A DNA stretch of 64,000 nt, taken from the NCBI GenBank assembly GCA_041689615.1, contig JBDNFW010000039.1, positions 32,465 to 96,464 on the forward strand, written 5' to 3'. The DNA comes from Gammaproteobacteria bacterium. Its GTDB lineage: Bacteria > Pseudomonadota > Gammaproteobacteria > Eutrophobiales > Eutrophobiaceae. The notes under the pieces were generated by a model that worked only from the letters and a program-made list of their open reading frames with translations, was not told the DNA's origin and searched no databases. The first letter of the stretch is position 1. Every line of letters starts with the position of its first letter. Positions 54,411 to 64,000 of this stretch are shown here, piece by piece. The position numbers and the translations under genes were made by a program.

Positions 54411-55282
54411 TGGCTATTTTAATTAACAAGGATACAAAAGTTATTGTTCAGGGTTTTACCGGCCGGCAAGGTACATTCCATGCTGAACAAGCCATTGAAT
54501 ATGGAACACTAATCGTTGGTGGCGTCACACCCGGCAGAGGTGGAGAAAAACATCTGGATCGCCCAGTATTCGACACTGTCAGAGATGCTGTTGAAAAAGC
54601 CGGTGCAAATGCAAGCATGATTATGGTTCCCGCTGCTTATGCTGCTGAAGCGATCACGGAAGCAGCAGATGCGGGCATTAGTATCATTGTCTGTATTACA
54701 GAAGGTATACCTGTATTAGATATGGTTAAAGTCAGAGCTTATTTGGAACAATTTCCTGACATACGTTTAATCGGACCAAACTGCCCGGGGCTTATAACAC
54801 CGGAACAATGCAAAATAGGAATCATGCCCGGAAGCATTCATAAGGCAGGCGGCATTGGAATTGTTTCTCGCTCAGGTACTCTCACTTATGAAGCAGTTCA
54901 TCAAACTACACAAAATGGACTCGGACAAAGCACTTGCGTTGGTATTGGAGGCGATCCTATACATGGAATGAACTTTATTGATTGTCTTGGTTTGTTTGAA
55001 GAAGATCCCGACACCAAAGGCATTATCATGGTAGGTGAAATTGGCGGCACAGCGGAAGAAGAAGCAGCTCAATTTATTAAGGAAAATGTGACTAAACCTG
55101 TCGTAGGTTATATTGCTGGAGTTACCGCACCACCAGGAAAGCGCATGGGTCATGCCGGCGCTATTATTTCAGGTGGTAAAGGAACCGCAGATGATAAATT
55201 CGCGGCACTTGAAGCGGCTGATGTAAAAACCGTTCGCTCACCAGGAGATTTAGGCAGCGCTATTGCTGAACGACTATCGTAA
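54410..55282 (+). CDS. sucD: Succinyl-CoA synthetase alpha subunit
   Basis: 290 aa. [12 protein letters not shown], active-site His region GHAGAII. Confidence 0.95.
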
Positions 55283-55308
55283 ATATCGATATCTAAATAT
55301 TAATAATT

Positions 55309-55333
55309 ACCTGATATTGTTTCATTATCAGGT
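55309..55333 (+). terminator. Weak hairpin after sucD (ACCTGATA-N9-TATCAGGT)
   Basis: 8-bp AT-rich stem with no clean U tract. Confidence 0.25.
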
Positions 55334-55409
55334 TCAATATTAGTATCTACTTGGTAAACTCCTGGCTTATGGGTATAGTCACCTCGTTTTCCTGTCGTTC
55401 ATTAAAACT

Positions 55410-57041
55410 ATGTCAGACACTTCATTACATATTCTGCTTGCTCAGTTAAATCTCACAGTTGGAGATATTGAAGGCAATACACAAAAGATCATTAAGTCTA
55501 TTAATGACGCTGAATTAGATCATCATACTGATGTCATAATCTTTCCAGAACTTAGCATCAGTTCTTACCCACCTGAAGATTTATTACTGCGTCCCGCTTT
55601 TAATGAATATGTTATAGCTGCATTAGATAAAATCGTTGCCGCAAGTAAAAACATCCACGTCATTATTGGTTATCCCATAAAACAAAATAACAAACTTTAT
55701 AATACCTGCTGCCTTATTCACGATGGGAAAATTGTAAAAACGTATTACAAGCAACATTTACCAAATTACGGTGTGTTTGATGAAAAAAGATATTTCACTC
55801 CGGGCAACGAATCATGTTTATTTGAAATCAATGGAATTACTGCAGCATTAAGTATTTGTGAAGACATATGGGTTCCTGAACCCATACAGGACGCGGCCAA
55901 AGCTGGAGCAAAGATTATGTTTAACATTAATGCTTCTCCTTATCATAAAAATAAACTTGTAGAACGCGAAAAAATGATAGCTGAACGCGCGCAAGATTCA
56001 AATATGTACATTGTCTATACCAACCTTGTCGGCGGACAAGATGAACTTGTCTTTGATGGTAATTCTATGGTCGTTAATAATCAGGGGGAAATTATTTTTC
56101 ATGCCCCACAATTTGAAGAAGGTCTATTTAATGTTCATCTGAACATTGACCAACCAAAAGATAATACAAAAGGAATTGCATCTAACTCTGTTTCTACTGA
56201 AGAAGAAAATATTTATAACGCGCTTGTTCTAGGAGTAAAAGATTACATAAGAAAGAATAATTTTAACGGCGCTATCATCGGGTTATCTGGCGGCATAGAC
56301 TCTGCTTTGACATTAAGTATCGCTGTCGATGCTTTAGGTGCTGAAAATGTTGAAGTGTTAATAATGCCTTCGCGTTTTACTGCGGACATGAGCAATGAAG
56401 ATGCTTGCCTACAAGCAAAAATACTAGGCGTAAATTATGAAATAATATCTATTGAACAACCTTTTGAGTCATTTCTAAAAGCGCTTGAACCTCGGTTTAA
56501 AGATTTAACTCCTGACACTACTGAGGAAAACATACAGGCGCGCTGCCGAGGCATTCTATTAATGGCCGCATCAAACAAAAGCGGCAAACTGGTTTTAACC
56601 ACCGGCAACAAAAGCGAAATGGCAGTCGGCTATGCGACACTCTATGGTGATATGGCCGGTGGCTATGCACCTCTTAAAGATATATGGAAAACACTAGCTT
56701 ACAAACTTGCCAAATGGCGCAACACTCAACAGCAAGTCATTCCCGAAAGAGTCATAAGCAGACCACCAAGCGCAGAATTGCGTCACGAACAATTAGATCA
56801 GGACTCTTTACCTGATTATGAAATTCTGGACACTATTCTTGAACAATACATAGAACTCGATAAGCACCCGGAACAAATTATTGAAAATGGTTACGATGCT
56901 GACACAGTATATAAGGTAATAAAATTAGTAGATAAAAACGAGTACAAACGACGACAGGCCGCACCGGGAGTTCGAATCACTGAAAGAGCTTTTGGTAGAG
57001 ATCGGCGCTATCCGATCACGTCAGGTTATATAGAGAAATAA
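55410..57041 (+). CDS. nadE: Glutamine-dependent NAD+ synthetase
   Basis: 543 aa. N-terminal nitrilase domain. C-terminal NAD synthetase SGGIDSA P-loop. Confidence 0.92.
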   Translation: MSDTSLHILLAQLNLTVGDIEGNTQKIIKSINDAELDHHTDVIIFPELSISSYPPEDLLLRPAFNEYVIAALDKIVAASKNIHVIIGYPIKQNNKLYNTCCLIHDGKIVKTYYKQHLPNYGVFDEKRYFTPGNESCLFEINGITAALSICEDIWVPEPIQDAAKAGAKIMFNINASPYHKNKLVEREKMIAERAQDSNMYIVYTNLVGGQDELVFDGNSMVVNNQGEIIFHAPQFEEGLFNVHLNIDQPKDNTKGIASNSVSTEEENIYNALVLGVKDYIRKNNFNGAIIGLSGGIDSALTLSIAVDALGAENVEVLIMPSRFTADMSNEDACLQAKILGVNYEIISIEQPFESFLKALEPRFKDLTPDTTEENIQARCRGILLMAASNKSGKLVLTTGNKSEMAVGYATLYGDMAGGYAPLKDIWKTLAYKLAKWRNTQQQVIPERVISRPPSAELRHEQLDQDSLPDYEILDTILEQYIELDKHPEQIIENGYDADTVYKVIKLVDKNEYKRRQAAPGVRITERAFGRDRRYPITSGYIEK

Positions 57042-57049
57042 AAGAGAAT

Positions 57050-57823
57050 CTATTTAACCTTTACGTTTTTTGCGTCATAAGCCCCAGGATGATTCGGGTA
57101 ATTCAATTCCAATACTCGTAAAGCATCATCAGAAAGATCATTCATTTCCAATACACGATAAGCTTTGGCTAAAACAACTAATGCATCTGGCACAGATGGC
57201 GTACGTGGGTAATTTTCTACTACGTATCTTGCTCTGTTGACGGCCGCAACAAATGCACCTCGACGCATATAATAATTCGCTACATGCACTTCATTCTTTG
57301 CCAGAATGTTTCGTAAATAACGCATGCGTTGTTCTGAATCAGGCACATACTCGCTATCAGGGAAACGCTTCACTAACTCTGAAAAAGATTCAAAAGCATT
57401 AAGAGCAGCACCCGGATCTCGTTGAGATTCATCCGTAGGCAAATAACGCTGTGTAAATCCCATACCTTTATTAAAGTTAGATAAGCCTTTCAAATAGTAC
57501 GCATAATCGACATGAAGGTTTTGAGGGTATAGCTTGATGAATCGATCACATGCCGCAATAGCCGCTTCAGGCTCTTCATCTTTATAATATGCATAAGATA
57601 AATCAAGTAACGCCTGCTGTGCGTGAACGCCAAATGGATATCTCGTTTCCAGTTTCTGATAGAGTTCAACTGCCTCAGAATAATCGCCAGATTCCAACGC
57701 ACCTTTCGCTTCTGCATAAAAATGATCCGCATCCCAGTTTTTTGTCTTATCTTCTTTTTCACCACCAAAATAAGAACAACCTGAAATGACAAAAATCAAT
57801 AATAAAATGTTTAAATGTCGCAT
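57050..57823 (-). CDS. bamD: Outer membrane protein assembly factor BamD (lipoprotein, TPR)
   Basis: 257 aa. Lipobox LIFVISGC. TPR repeats. Divergent from rluD as in E. coli. Confidence 0.88.
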   Translation of the reverse strand: MRHLNILLLIFVISGCSYFGGEKEDKTKNWDADHFYAEAKGALESGDYSEAVELYQKLETRYPFGVHAQQALLDLSYAYYKDEEPEAAIAACDRFIKLYPQNLHVDYAYYLKGLSNFNKGMGFTQRYLPTDESQRDPGAALNAFESFSELVKRFPDSEYVPDSEQRMRYLRNILAKNEVHVANYYMRRGAFVAAVNRARYVVENYPRTPSVPDALVVLAKAYRVLEMNDLSDDALRVLELNYPNHPGAYDAKNVKVK

Positions 57824-57874
57824 AGTATATAGATTAGCCTAATCCTATCTTGAGGGCAAAGCACTTCGAAACAC

Positions 57875-58831
57875 ATGAGTAAATTTCAATTACAAGTTAC
57901 CGTACCAAATGAGCTGGCAGGAAAACGTCTTGATCAGGCGCTTTCCAAGCTATGCCCTGAACATTCACGGTCAAGAATTCAATCATGGATTAAGTCTGAT
58001 AAGGTCAGTGTCAATAATTTAAATTACAAACAAAAAGATGAAGTTGATGTTGGTGATGTAATAAAAATCGATGCCGAAATTAACAGTGATGATAAACATC
58101 TGGCTGAAACAATCGATCTCGATATTATTCACGAAGATGACGCCATAATAATTATCAACAAACCAGCGGGGCTTGTGGTTCATCCGGGTGCAGGAAATCC
58201 AAATCATACTTTGGTCAATGCACTACTGAGCTTTGATAAAAATCTAGACATAATACCTCGTGCTGGCATCGTCCACCGACTGGATAAAGAAACGACGGGT
58301 ATCATGGTCGTCGCGAGAACTCTCGAATCTCACACCTTTCTCGTGAATAGACTACAAGAGAGAAATATTAAACGTGAATATCAGGCTGTGATTTGTGGGC
58401 AACTTGTTGCTGGTGGTTCAATTGAAAATAAAATGGGACGGCACCCTGTTCACCGAACCAAGATGGCAGTCACAAATTCGGGGAAAACTGCAACAACACA
58501 TTACAGGGTAATGAAAAAATTCCAGCATTACACTCACCTACATGTTCAATTGGAAACGGGTAGAACACATCAAATACGAGTGCATATGTCTCACATCAAA
58601 CATCCCATCGTCGGCGACCCTGTTTACGGAAACAATAATTCCATCAAAAAAGGAGTTGATCCTGCGTTACGTGACATTATTAAAAATTTTAAACGTCAGG
58701 CTCTACACGCCTTTTCTCTGGAACTTCCCCATCCTGTTACAGGGGAAAAAATGAAATTTACTGCTGAATTACCCGAGGATATTAATTTATTAATCGAGGC
58801 ATTAAATAAGTATGACTCAGCGGAGCAATAA
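57875..58831 (+). CDS. rluD: 23S rRNA pseudouridine synthase D
   Basis: 318 aa. S4 domain plus HRLDKETTGIMVVAR catalytic Asp motif. Confidence 0.9.
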   Translation: MSKFQLQVTVPNELAGKRLDQALSKLCPEHSRSRIQSWIKSDKVSVNNLNYKQKDEVDVGDVIKIDAEINSDDKHLAETIDLDIIHEDDAIIIINKPAGLVVHPGAGNPNHTLVNALLSFDKNLDIIPRAGIVHRLDKETTGIMVVARTLESHTFLVNRLQERNIKREYQAVICGQLVAGGSIENKMGRHPVHRTKMAVTNSGKTATTHYRVMKKFQHYTHLHVQLETGRTHQIRVHMSHIKHPIVGDPVYGNNNSIKKGVDPALRDIIKNFKRQALHAFSLELPHPVTGEKMKFTAELPEDINLLIEALNKYDSAEQ

Positions 58832-59555
58832 ATTATGGCTTGATGCCGACTGGCCGGCACCGAAAAATATTCATGCTGGGACAACTACCAGGATTAATGG
58901 ATATAGCAAAACACCCTACAACAGTCTGAACCTCGCGCAGCACGTTGGTGATGACTCAAACAATGTAAAAAGAAATCGCAAAATTTTAAGTGACCATCTT
59001 AAATTACAATCAGAACCCTTCTGGCTAAACCAGACACACAGCTCAAGTATTATCTCTATTGATAATACGCTTGAAGATCGGGAAGCTGACGGTAGTTTCA
59101 CATCCAGAAAAAATAAAGTTTGCACAATTATGACTGCTGATTGTGTTCCTGTTTTATTTTGTAATAAAAACGGAACAAAAGTCGCCGCTATTCATGCTGG
59201 CTGGAAGGGTATCTGCGCTGGAATTATTGAAAATGCTGTTAAAACATTCTCTGACCCCGAATCAATACTTGTCTGGATTGGCCCCTGTATCAGCAACAAG
59301 CATTATGAGATAGGCAAAGATGTTTATGAAGGCGGTTTAAATCATTCAAATACAGTCGCAAGCGCATTCGAACAAATCAATGTTAACCATTGGTATGCTG
59401 ATTTAGTCAAAATTGTCAGAATTCTTCTAGAAAATACGGGAGTTGGCGCAATTTATGAATGCAATTTATGCACATATGAAATGGAAGACATGTTCTTTTC
59501 ATATCGGCGTGATGGCAATACCGGACGTACTGCGTCAATGATCTGGATGGAATAG
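58812..59555 (+). CDS. pgeF: Purine nucleoside phosphorylase/laccase-domain protein YfiH (PgeF)
   Basis: 247 aa. DUF152 motifs HAGWKG, CTY. Downstream of rluD. Confidence 0.85.
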   Translation: MTQRSNKLWLDADWPAPKNIHAGTTTRINGYSKTPYNSLNLAQHVGDDSNNVKRNRKILSDHLKLQSEPFWLNQTHSSSIISIDNTLEDREADGSFTSRKNKVCTIMTADCVPVLFCNKNGTKVAAIHAGWKGICAGIIENAVKTFSDPESILVWIGPCISNKHYEIGKDVYEGGLNHSNTVASAFEQINVNHWYADLVKIVRILLENTGVGAIYECNLCTYEMEDMFFSYRRDGNTGRTASMIWME

Positions 59556-59616
59556 TCAGAATATTAGTCTAAGCTTTAGTGTAAAAGCGGTTTAATAATA
59601 ATCAGGGAGAATCGGA

Positions 59617-61041
59617 ATGGGGCAAAATAATAATAAATCACTAAGCTTTAGTGAAAGCGTCAATTTTATGGTCGATCGTGCATTGACCGTTCTCGACATT
59701 GATCAAGGTATCGCTGCAGCAATTAAAGCTTGTAACTCCACTATCAAAGTCAGTTTCCCGGTTGAGATCAATGGCAAGATTGAAGTTTTCACCGGTTGGC
59801 GTTCAGTTCATAGTGATCATCGATTACCTTCTAAAGGCGGTATTCGTTATGCACCGATAGTAAATGAAGATGAAGTTGAAGCTCTCGCTTCATTGATGAC
59901 GTATAAATGCGCCATAGTTGACGTTCCTTTCGGTGGCTCAAAAGGTGGTTTGTTAATCGACCCTGCGAAATATACGCGTGATGATATGCAAAGAATAACG
60001 CGTCGCTTTGCACGAGAACTTATCCGAAAGGGTTTTCTAAGTCCTGCCACCAATGTGCCAGCACCGGATATGGGCACGGGTGAACGAGAGATGGCTTGGA
60101 TAACGGATACTTATAAGCAACTTCATCCGGAAGATATTAATTACCTTGGTTGTGTGACAGGCAAACCTGTTGCTCATGGTGGTATACGAGGAAGAACTGA
60201 AGCTACTGGCAGAGGCGTTGTTTATGCAATACGTGAATTCTTTCGCCATGCTGATGATGTTGAGGCTGCCGGACTTAAACCTGGACTTGGAGGAAAACGC
60301 ATTGTCGTTCAGGGCTTGGGTAATGTAGGTTATTACGCAGCAAAACTCTTAGATGAAGAAGACGAATGTAAAATTATCGCAATCATCGAACGTGATGGCG
60401 TTTTAACGAATGACAATGGACTATGTGTTGAAGATGTACGTATGCATATCAATGAGCATAAAACCATCAAAGGTTTTCCTGATGGAAAGTTTTCTGAAGA
60501 GGGTGCGTCGGGCTTGGAAATTGAGTGTGACATTCTAATACCTGCTGCGATGGAAGCTCAGATTACAAAGGCAAATGCTGAAAACATAAAAACTAAAGTG
60601 ATTTTTGAAGCAGCAAATGGCCCAATAACATTTGAAGCCGACGATATTTTACGAAATCGTGGAGTTATTATTTTACCGGATGCTTATGTTAATGCCGGTG
60701 GTGTAACTGTTTCCTATTTTGAATGGGTGCGCAATCTGGCTCATATACGTTTTGGTCGTATGGAAAGACGTCATGATGAAATGCGTGGCGCGAAGATGGT
60801 TCAAGCACTTGAAACCATGACTGGAAAAGCATCGGAAGAGTGGATGCAAAAAGAATTGATCTATGGAGCTGACGAACTTGATCTGGTTCGCTCCGGCCTC
60901 GACGATACAATGCGCAACAGCTATCAACAATTGAAAGAAGCTTTCAATTCCAGTGACAAAATAACTGACTTTAGAACAGCGGCTTATGTTGTCGCCATTA
61001 AAAAAATTGTGCGTTCTTATATTGATATTGGTGTTTATTAA
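59617..61041 (+). CDS. gdh: Glu/Leu/Phe/Val-family dehydrogenase (glutamate dehydrogenase)
   Basis: 474 aa. KGGIRY, VDVPFGGSKGG, GLGNVGYYAA Rossmann. Confidence 0.8.
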   Translation: MGQNNNKSLSFSESVNFMVDRALTVLDIDQGIAAAIKACNSTIKVSFPVEINGKIEVFTGWRSVHSDHRLPSKGGIRYAPIVNEDEVEALASLMTYKCAIVDVPFGGSKGGLLIDPAKYTRDDMQRITRRFARELIRKGFLSPATNVPAPDMGTGEREMAWITDTYKQLHPEDINYLGCVTGKPVAHGGIRGRTEATGRGVVYAIREFFRHADDVEAAGLKPGLGGKRIVVQGLGNVGYYAAKLLDEEDECKIIAIIERDGVLTNDNGLCVEDVRMHINEHKTIKGFPDGKFSEEGASGLEIECDILIPAAMEAQITKANAENIKTKVIFEAANGPITFEADDILRNRGVIILPDAYVNAGGVTVSYFEWVRNLAHIRFGRMERRHDEMRGAKMVQALETMTGKASEEWMQKELIYGADELDLVRSGLDDTMRNSYQQLKEAFNSSDKITDFRTAAYVVAIKKIVRSYIDIGVY

Positions 61042-61134
61042 TTTCAATATTTAAATCATTCCATAATTTGTCATATTGAAATTACCCTTGATCCATATCA
61101 ATGTAGCTACGTCTTTTTTAAATATCCTGAAACC

Positions 61135-61162
61135 TTGAAGTATGAATTTTCGCCCCAAAATT
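61135..61162 (+). promoter_or_regulatory. Candidate sigma-32 heat-shock promoter of clpB (CTTGAA-N13-CCCCAAAAT)
   Basis: Matches the CTTGAAA/CCCCATnT consensus and spacing. ~40 bp upstream of clpB. Confidence 0.5.
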
Positions 61163-61199
61163 AGGGAGAACATATTTAAATTGAAACAGGATAAACGTT

Positions 61200-63791
61200 A
61201 TGCGACCCGATAAATTAACCACAAAATTGCAAATGGCACTGGCCGATGCACAGAGTCTGGCGATTGGTCGTGAACATCAATACATAGAACCGGTTCATCT
61301 GGCACAGTCCTTACTAAATCAAGATGGTAGTACGCTTCCACACATACTGACTAGTTCAGGTATAAACCTGAATAAATTAGGTTCAGATATAGTAAAACTA
61401 CTTGATTCGTTACCTACAGTCAGTGGCGCGGGTGGCGACGTTCATATTAGTCGCGATTTGGATCGTGTCTTAAATATTATGGATAAAGCGGCGCAGGATC
61501 GAAAAGACGATTTTATCGCCAGCGAACTTTTTGCTCTCGCTGTATTAGAAGACAAAGGAAAATTAGGTTCGATTTTTATACAAAATGGCGCTAATAAAAA
61601 TAAACTTAATGCCGCGATAGATACTTTACGTGGTGGAGAAAAAGTCAGTGATTCAAATGCTGAAGAAAATCGACAAGCATTGGAAAAATATACTACTGAT
61701 GTAACAGCCCGTGCCGAAAGTGGAAAATTAGATCCGGTAATCGGTCGCGATGAAGAAATCCGACGAACCATTCAGGTGTTACAACGACGCACAAAAAATA
61801 ACCCCGTTTTAATTGGTGAACCCGGTGTCGGTAAAACCGCTATTGTAGAAGGATTGGCTCAACGAATTATTAATGGTGAAGTTCCTGAATCGTTAAAAAA
61901 CAAAAGATTATTATCACTTGATATGGCTTCTTTAATTGCCGGCGCTAAGTTTCGTGGTGAATTCGAAGAACGTTTAAAAGCAGTGCTGAATGATCTTTCA
62001 AAACAGGAAGGACAAATCATTTTGTTTATAGATGAAGTTCACACCGTAGTTGGTGCAGGCAAAGCCGAAGGAGCAATGGACGCAGGCAATATGCTTAAAC
62101 CAGCTTTGGCAAGAGGTGAACTTCATTGTATTGGAGCGACGACTCTAAATGAATACCGTGACAATATTGAAAAGGATGCGGCTCTGGAACGCCGCTTTCA
62201 AAAGGTACTCGTCAATGAACCCACCGTTGAAGACACCATTGCAATACTTCGCGGCCTGAAAGAACGCTATGAAGTACACCATAATGTACAAATTACTGAT
62301 CCAGCAATCGTTGCCGCAGCTACTTTATCTAATCGATACATCACTGACCGACAATTACCTGATAAGGCTATCGATCTCATTGATGAATCAGCAAGCCGCA
62401 TCAGTATAGAAATGGATTCTAAGCCGGAATCAATGGATCGACTTGAACGCCGCTTGATTCAGATGAAAATCGAGCGTGAAGCATTAAAGAAAGAAAAAGA
62501 CGATGCATCAAAAAAGCGATTGAATATTCTTGAATCTGATATTGAAGAAATACAGCGTGAATTCAATGATCTGGATGAGATATGGATATCGGAAAAAGCA
62601 GCCTTACAAGGTTCGCACCACATTAAAGAAAAACTTGAGCAAGCCAGAATCAATTTTGATGCGGCTAAACGCTCCGGTGATTTGAACAAAATGTCAGAAT
62701 TACAATACGGTGTTATTCCGGAACTTGAAAAGCAGCTGGATATGGCAGGACAGGCTGAAATGCAGGAGATGAAATTACTGCGTAATAAAGTAACGGAGAA
62801 AGAGATAGCCGAAGTCGTTGCAAACTGGACTGGTATTCCAGTCAGTAAAATGCTGCAAGGCGAACGTGAAAAGTTATTATCTATGGAAGGCATTTTACAC
62901 AATCGTGTTGTTGGACAGGAACAGGCCATTACCGCTGTTTCAAACGCAATAAGAAGATCACGTGCCGGGCTTTCTGACCCTGATAAACCTAATGGAAGTT
63001 TTCTTTTTCTGGGGCCTACTGGCGTCGGTAAGACCGAATTATGTAAAAGCCTGACTGAATTTTTGTTCGATAGTGAAGATGCCATGGTTCGGATTGATAT
63101 GTCCGAATTTATGGAAAAACATTCCGTGGCAAGACTTATTGGCGCTCCGCCAGGATATGTCGGTTACGAACAGGGTGGTTATTTGACCGAAGCCGTCAGA
63201 CGCCGTCCTTATAGCTTGATATTGCTAGACGAAATTGAAAAGGCTCATGCAGATGTGTTTAACATTTTATTGCAGGTGCTGGATGATGGACGTTTGACTG
63301 ATGGACACGGTCGTACTGTGGATTTTCGTAATACTGTTATCGTCATGACATCCAATCTCGGTTCTAACCTGATACAGGAAATGTCTGCTGATTCAGAATA
63401 TGGCAATATGAAAGAAATTGTCATGCATGAAGTTAGTAATCACTTTCGCCCTGAATTTTTAAATCGCATCGATGAAGTGGTTGTTTTTCATGCTTTACAA
63501 CAAAACCAAATTCAGGCAATCGCAGAAATTCAGGTTGATCGATTACGTAATAGACTGCTGGATCAGGATATAATTCTGGAATTAAGTAGTGAAGCCATTA
63601 AGAATCTTGGAGATGCTGGATTTGACCCCGTATATGGGGCAAGACCGTTAAAACGCGCCATTCAGGATAAGCTTGAAACACCTATAGCTGAAAAGATTCT
63701 TGCCGGAAAATATGGGCCAGATTCACTTATAAAAGTTGATGTAGTCGATGGAAAATTGCAATTTTCTGAACTAGAAATAAATGTAGCATGA
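61200..63791 (+). CDS. clpB: Chaperone ClpB (Hsp100 disaggregase)
   Basis: 863 aa. [21 protein letters not shown]. Two AAA+ modules ([18 protein letters not shown]) and a coiled-coil M domain. Confidence 0.96.
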   Translation: MRPDKLTTKLQMALADAQSLAIGREHQYIEPVHLAQSLLNQDGSTLPHILTSSGINLNKLGSDIVKLLDSLPTVSGAGGDVHISRDLDRVLNIMDKAAQDRKDDFIASELFALAVLEDKGKLGSIFIQNGANKNKLNAAIDTLRGGEKVSDSNAEENRQALEKYTTDVTARAESGKLDPVIGRDEEIRRTIQVLQRRTKNNPVLIGEPGVGKTAIVEGLAQRIINGEVPESLKNKRLLSLDMASLIAGAKFRGEFEERLKAVLNDLSKQEGQIILFIDEVHTVVGAGKAEGAMDAGNMLKPALARGELHCIGATTLNEYRDNIEKDAALERRFQKVLVNEPTVEDTIAILRGLKERYEVHHNVQITDPAIVAAATLSNRYITDRQLPDKAIDLIDESASRISIEMDSKPESMDRLERRLIQMKIEREALKKEKDDASKKRLNILESDIEEIQREFNDLDEIWISEKAALQGSHHIKEKLEQARINFDAAKRSGDLNKMSELQYGVIPELEKQLDMAGQAEMQEMKLLRNKVTEKEIAEVVANWTGIPVSKMLQGEREKLLSMEGILHNRVVGQEQAITAVSNAIRRSRAGLSDPDKPNGSFLFLGPTGVGKTELCKSLTEFLFDSEDAMVRIDMSEFMEKHSVARLIGAPPGYVGYEQGGYLTEAVRRRPYSLILLDEIEKAHADVFNILLQVLDDGRLTDGHGRTVDFRNTVIVMTSNLGSNLIQEMSADSEYGNMKEIVMHEVSNHFRPEFLNRIDEVVVFHALQQNQIQAIAEIQVDRLRNRLLDQDIILELSSEAIKNLGDAGFDPVYGARPLKRAIQDKLETPIAEKILAGKYGPDSLIKVDVVDGKLQFSELEINVA

Positions 63792-63925
63792 TATTTCATT
63801 CGCCATTTTGAACAAGACCCCTATAATTTAGACCTATTTATTAATTAAAACAGTTGGTTATTTGCTTCATATACTCTAATATCTAACTTAAAACACTTGA
63901 TAAAATAGGTCAAGAAACATCGAAA

Positions 63926-64000
63926 ATGTCAGCTCCAGCAAAAAAAATTAATCTTAGTGGTCTAGCGCGTAAACTCGTGCTTGATGGCTTGCTTGATGAA
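63926..64000 (+). CDS. pilB: Type IV pilus assembly ATPase PilB, first 25 codons (truncated by window end)
   Basis: MSAPAKKINLSGLARKLVLDGLLDE matches the PilB N-terminus (…LSGLSRQLV…LL.E). Confidence 0.5.
   Translation, partial: MSAPAKKINLSGLARKLVLDGLLDE

Overview
The window reads as AT-rich gammaproteobacterial chromosome. Housekeeping blocks are: cysM-rimI-udg-leuA-pssA-psd-ilvC-ilvH-ilvI, all on the minus strand; proS, acyP, yihY, arsC, wrbA, hda, an AI-2E transporter, a DUF2066 protein and purM; then trmJ and suhB; then pilS-pilR-pilA, sucCD, nadE, bamD, rluD, pgeF, gdh, clpB and the first codons of pilB. Two markedly AT-richer accessory segments interrupt these blocks, at about 18.85-23.8 kb and about 25.4-49.3 kb. 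Together they hold a very unusual density of glycan machinery. There are six polytopic GT-C-fold membrane glycosyltransferase-like proteins; one is a tandem duplicated ArnT/PMT-like pair and one is a TMTC/PMT-like GT-C with C-terminal TPRs immediately downstream of the type IV pilin gene. There are two GT2 polyprenyl-phosphate-sugar synthases (one ArnC-like, one DPM1/GtrB-like), two GT4 enzymes, one soluble GT2, and five SAM methyltransferases plus an FkbM-type one. A Wzm/Wzt ABC exporter is present whose Wzt carries a C-terminal extension. Sugar-nucleotide genes comprise a UDP-xylose synthase, an AlgD-like NDP-sugar 6-dehydrogenase and a plant-GME-like GDP-mannose 3,5-epimerase homolog. An embedded winged-helix regulator is preceded by a 21-bp-arm perfect inverted repeat. 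No initiating phosphoglycosyltransferase, Wzx/Wzy, WaaL/PglL-type ligase or GtrA/ArnEF flippase is visible. My main hypothesis is a lipid-linked-monosaccharide (Dol-P-Man/PMT-style) pilin O-glycosylation module (pilA, TMTC-like GT-C, DPM1-like GT2) coupled to a methylated, ABC-exported glycan pathway that uses rare L-sugar/pentose nucleotide precursors. I found no CRISPR, tRNA/rRNA, transposase or integrase. All calls rest on reading the translated ORFs and motifs by eye. No database search was run.
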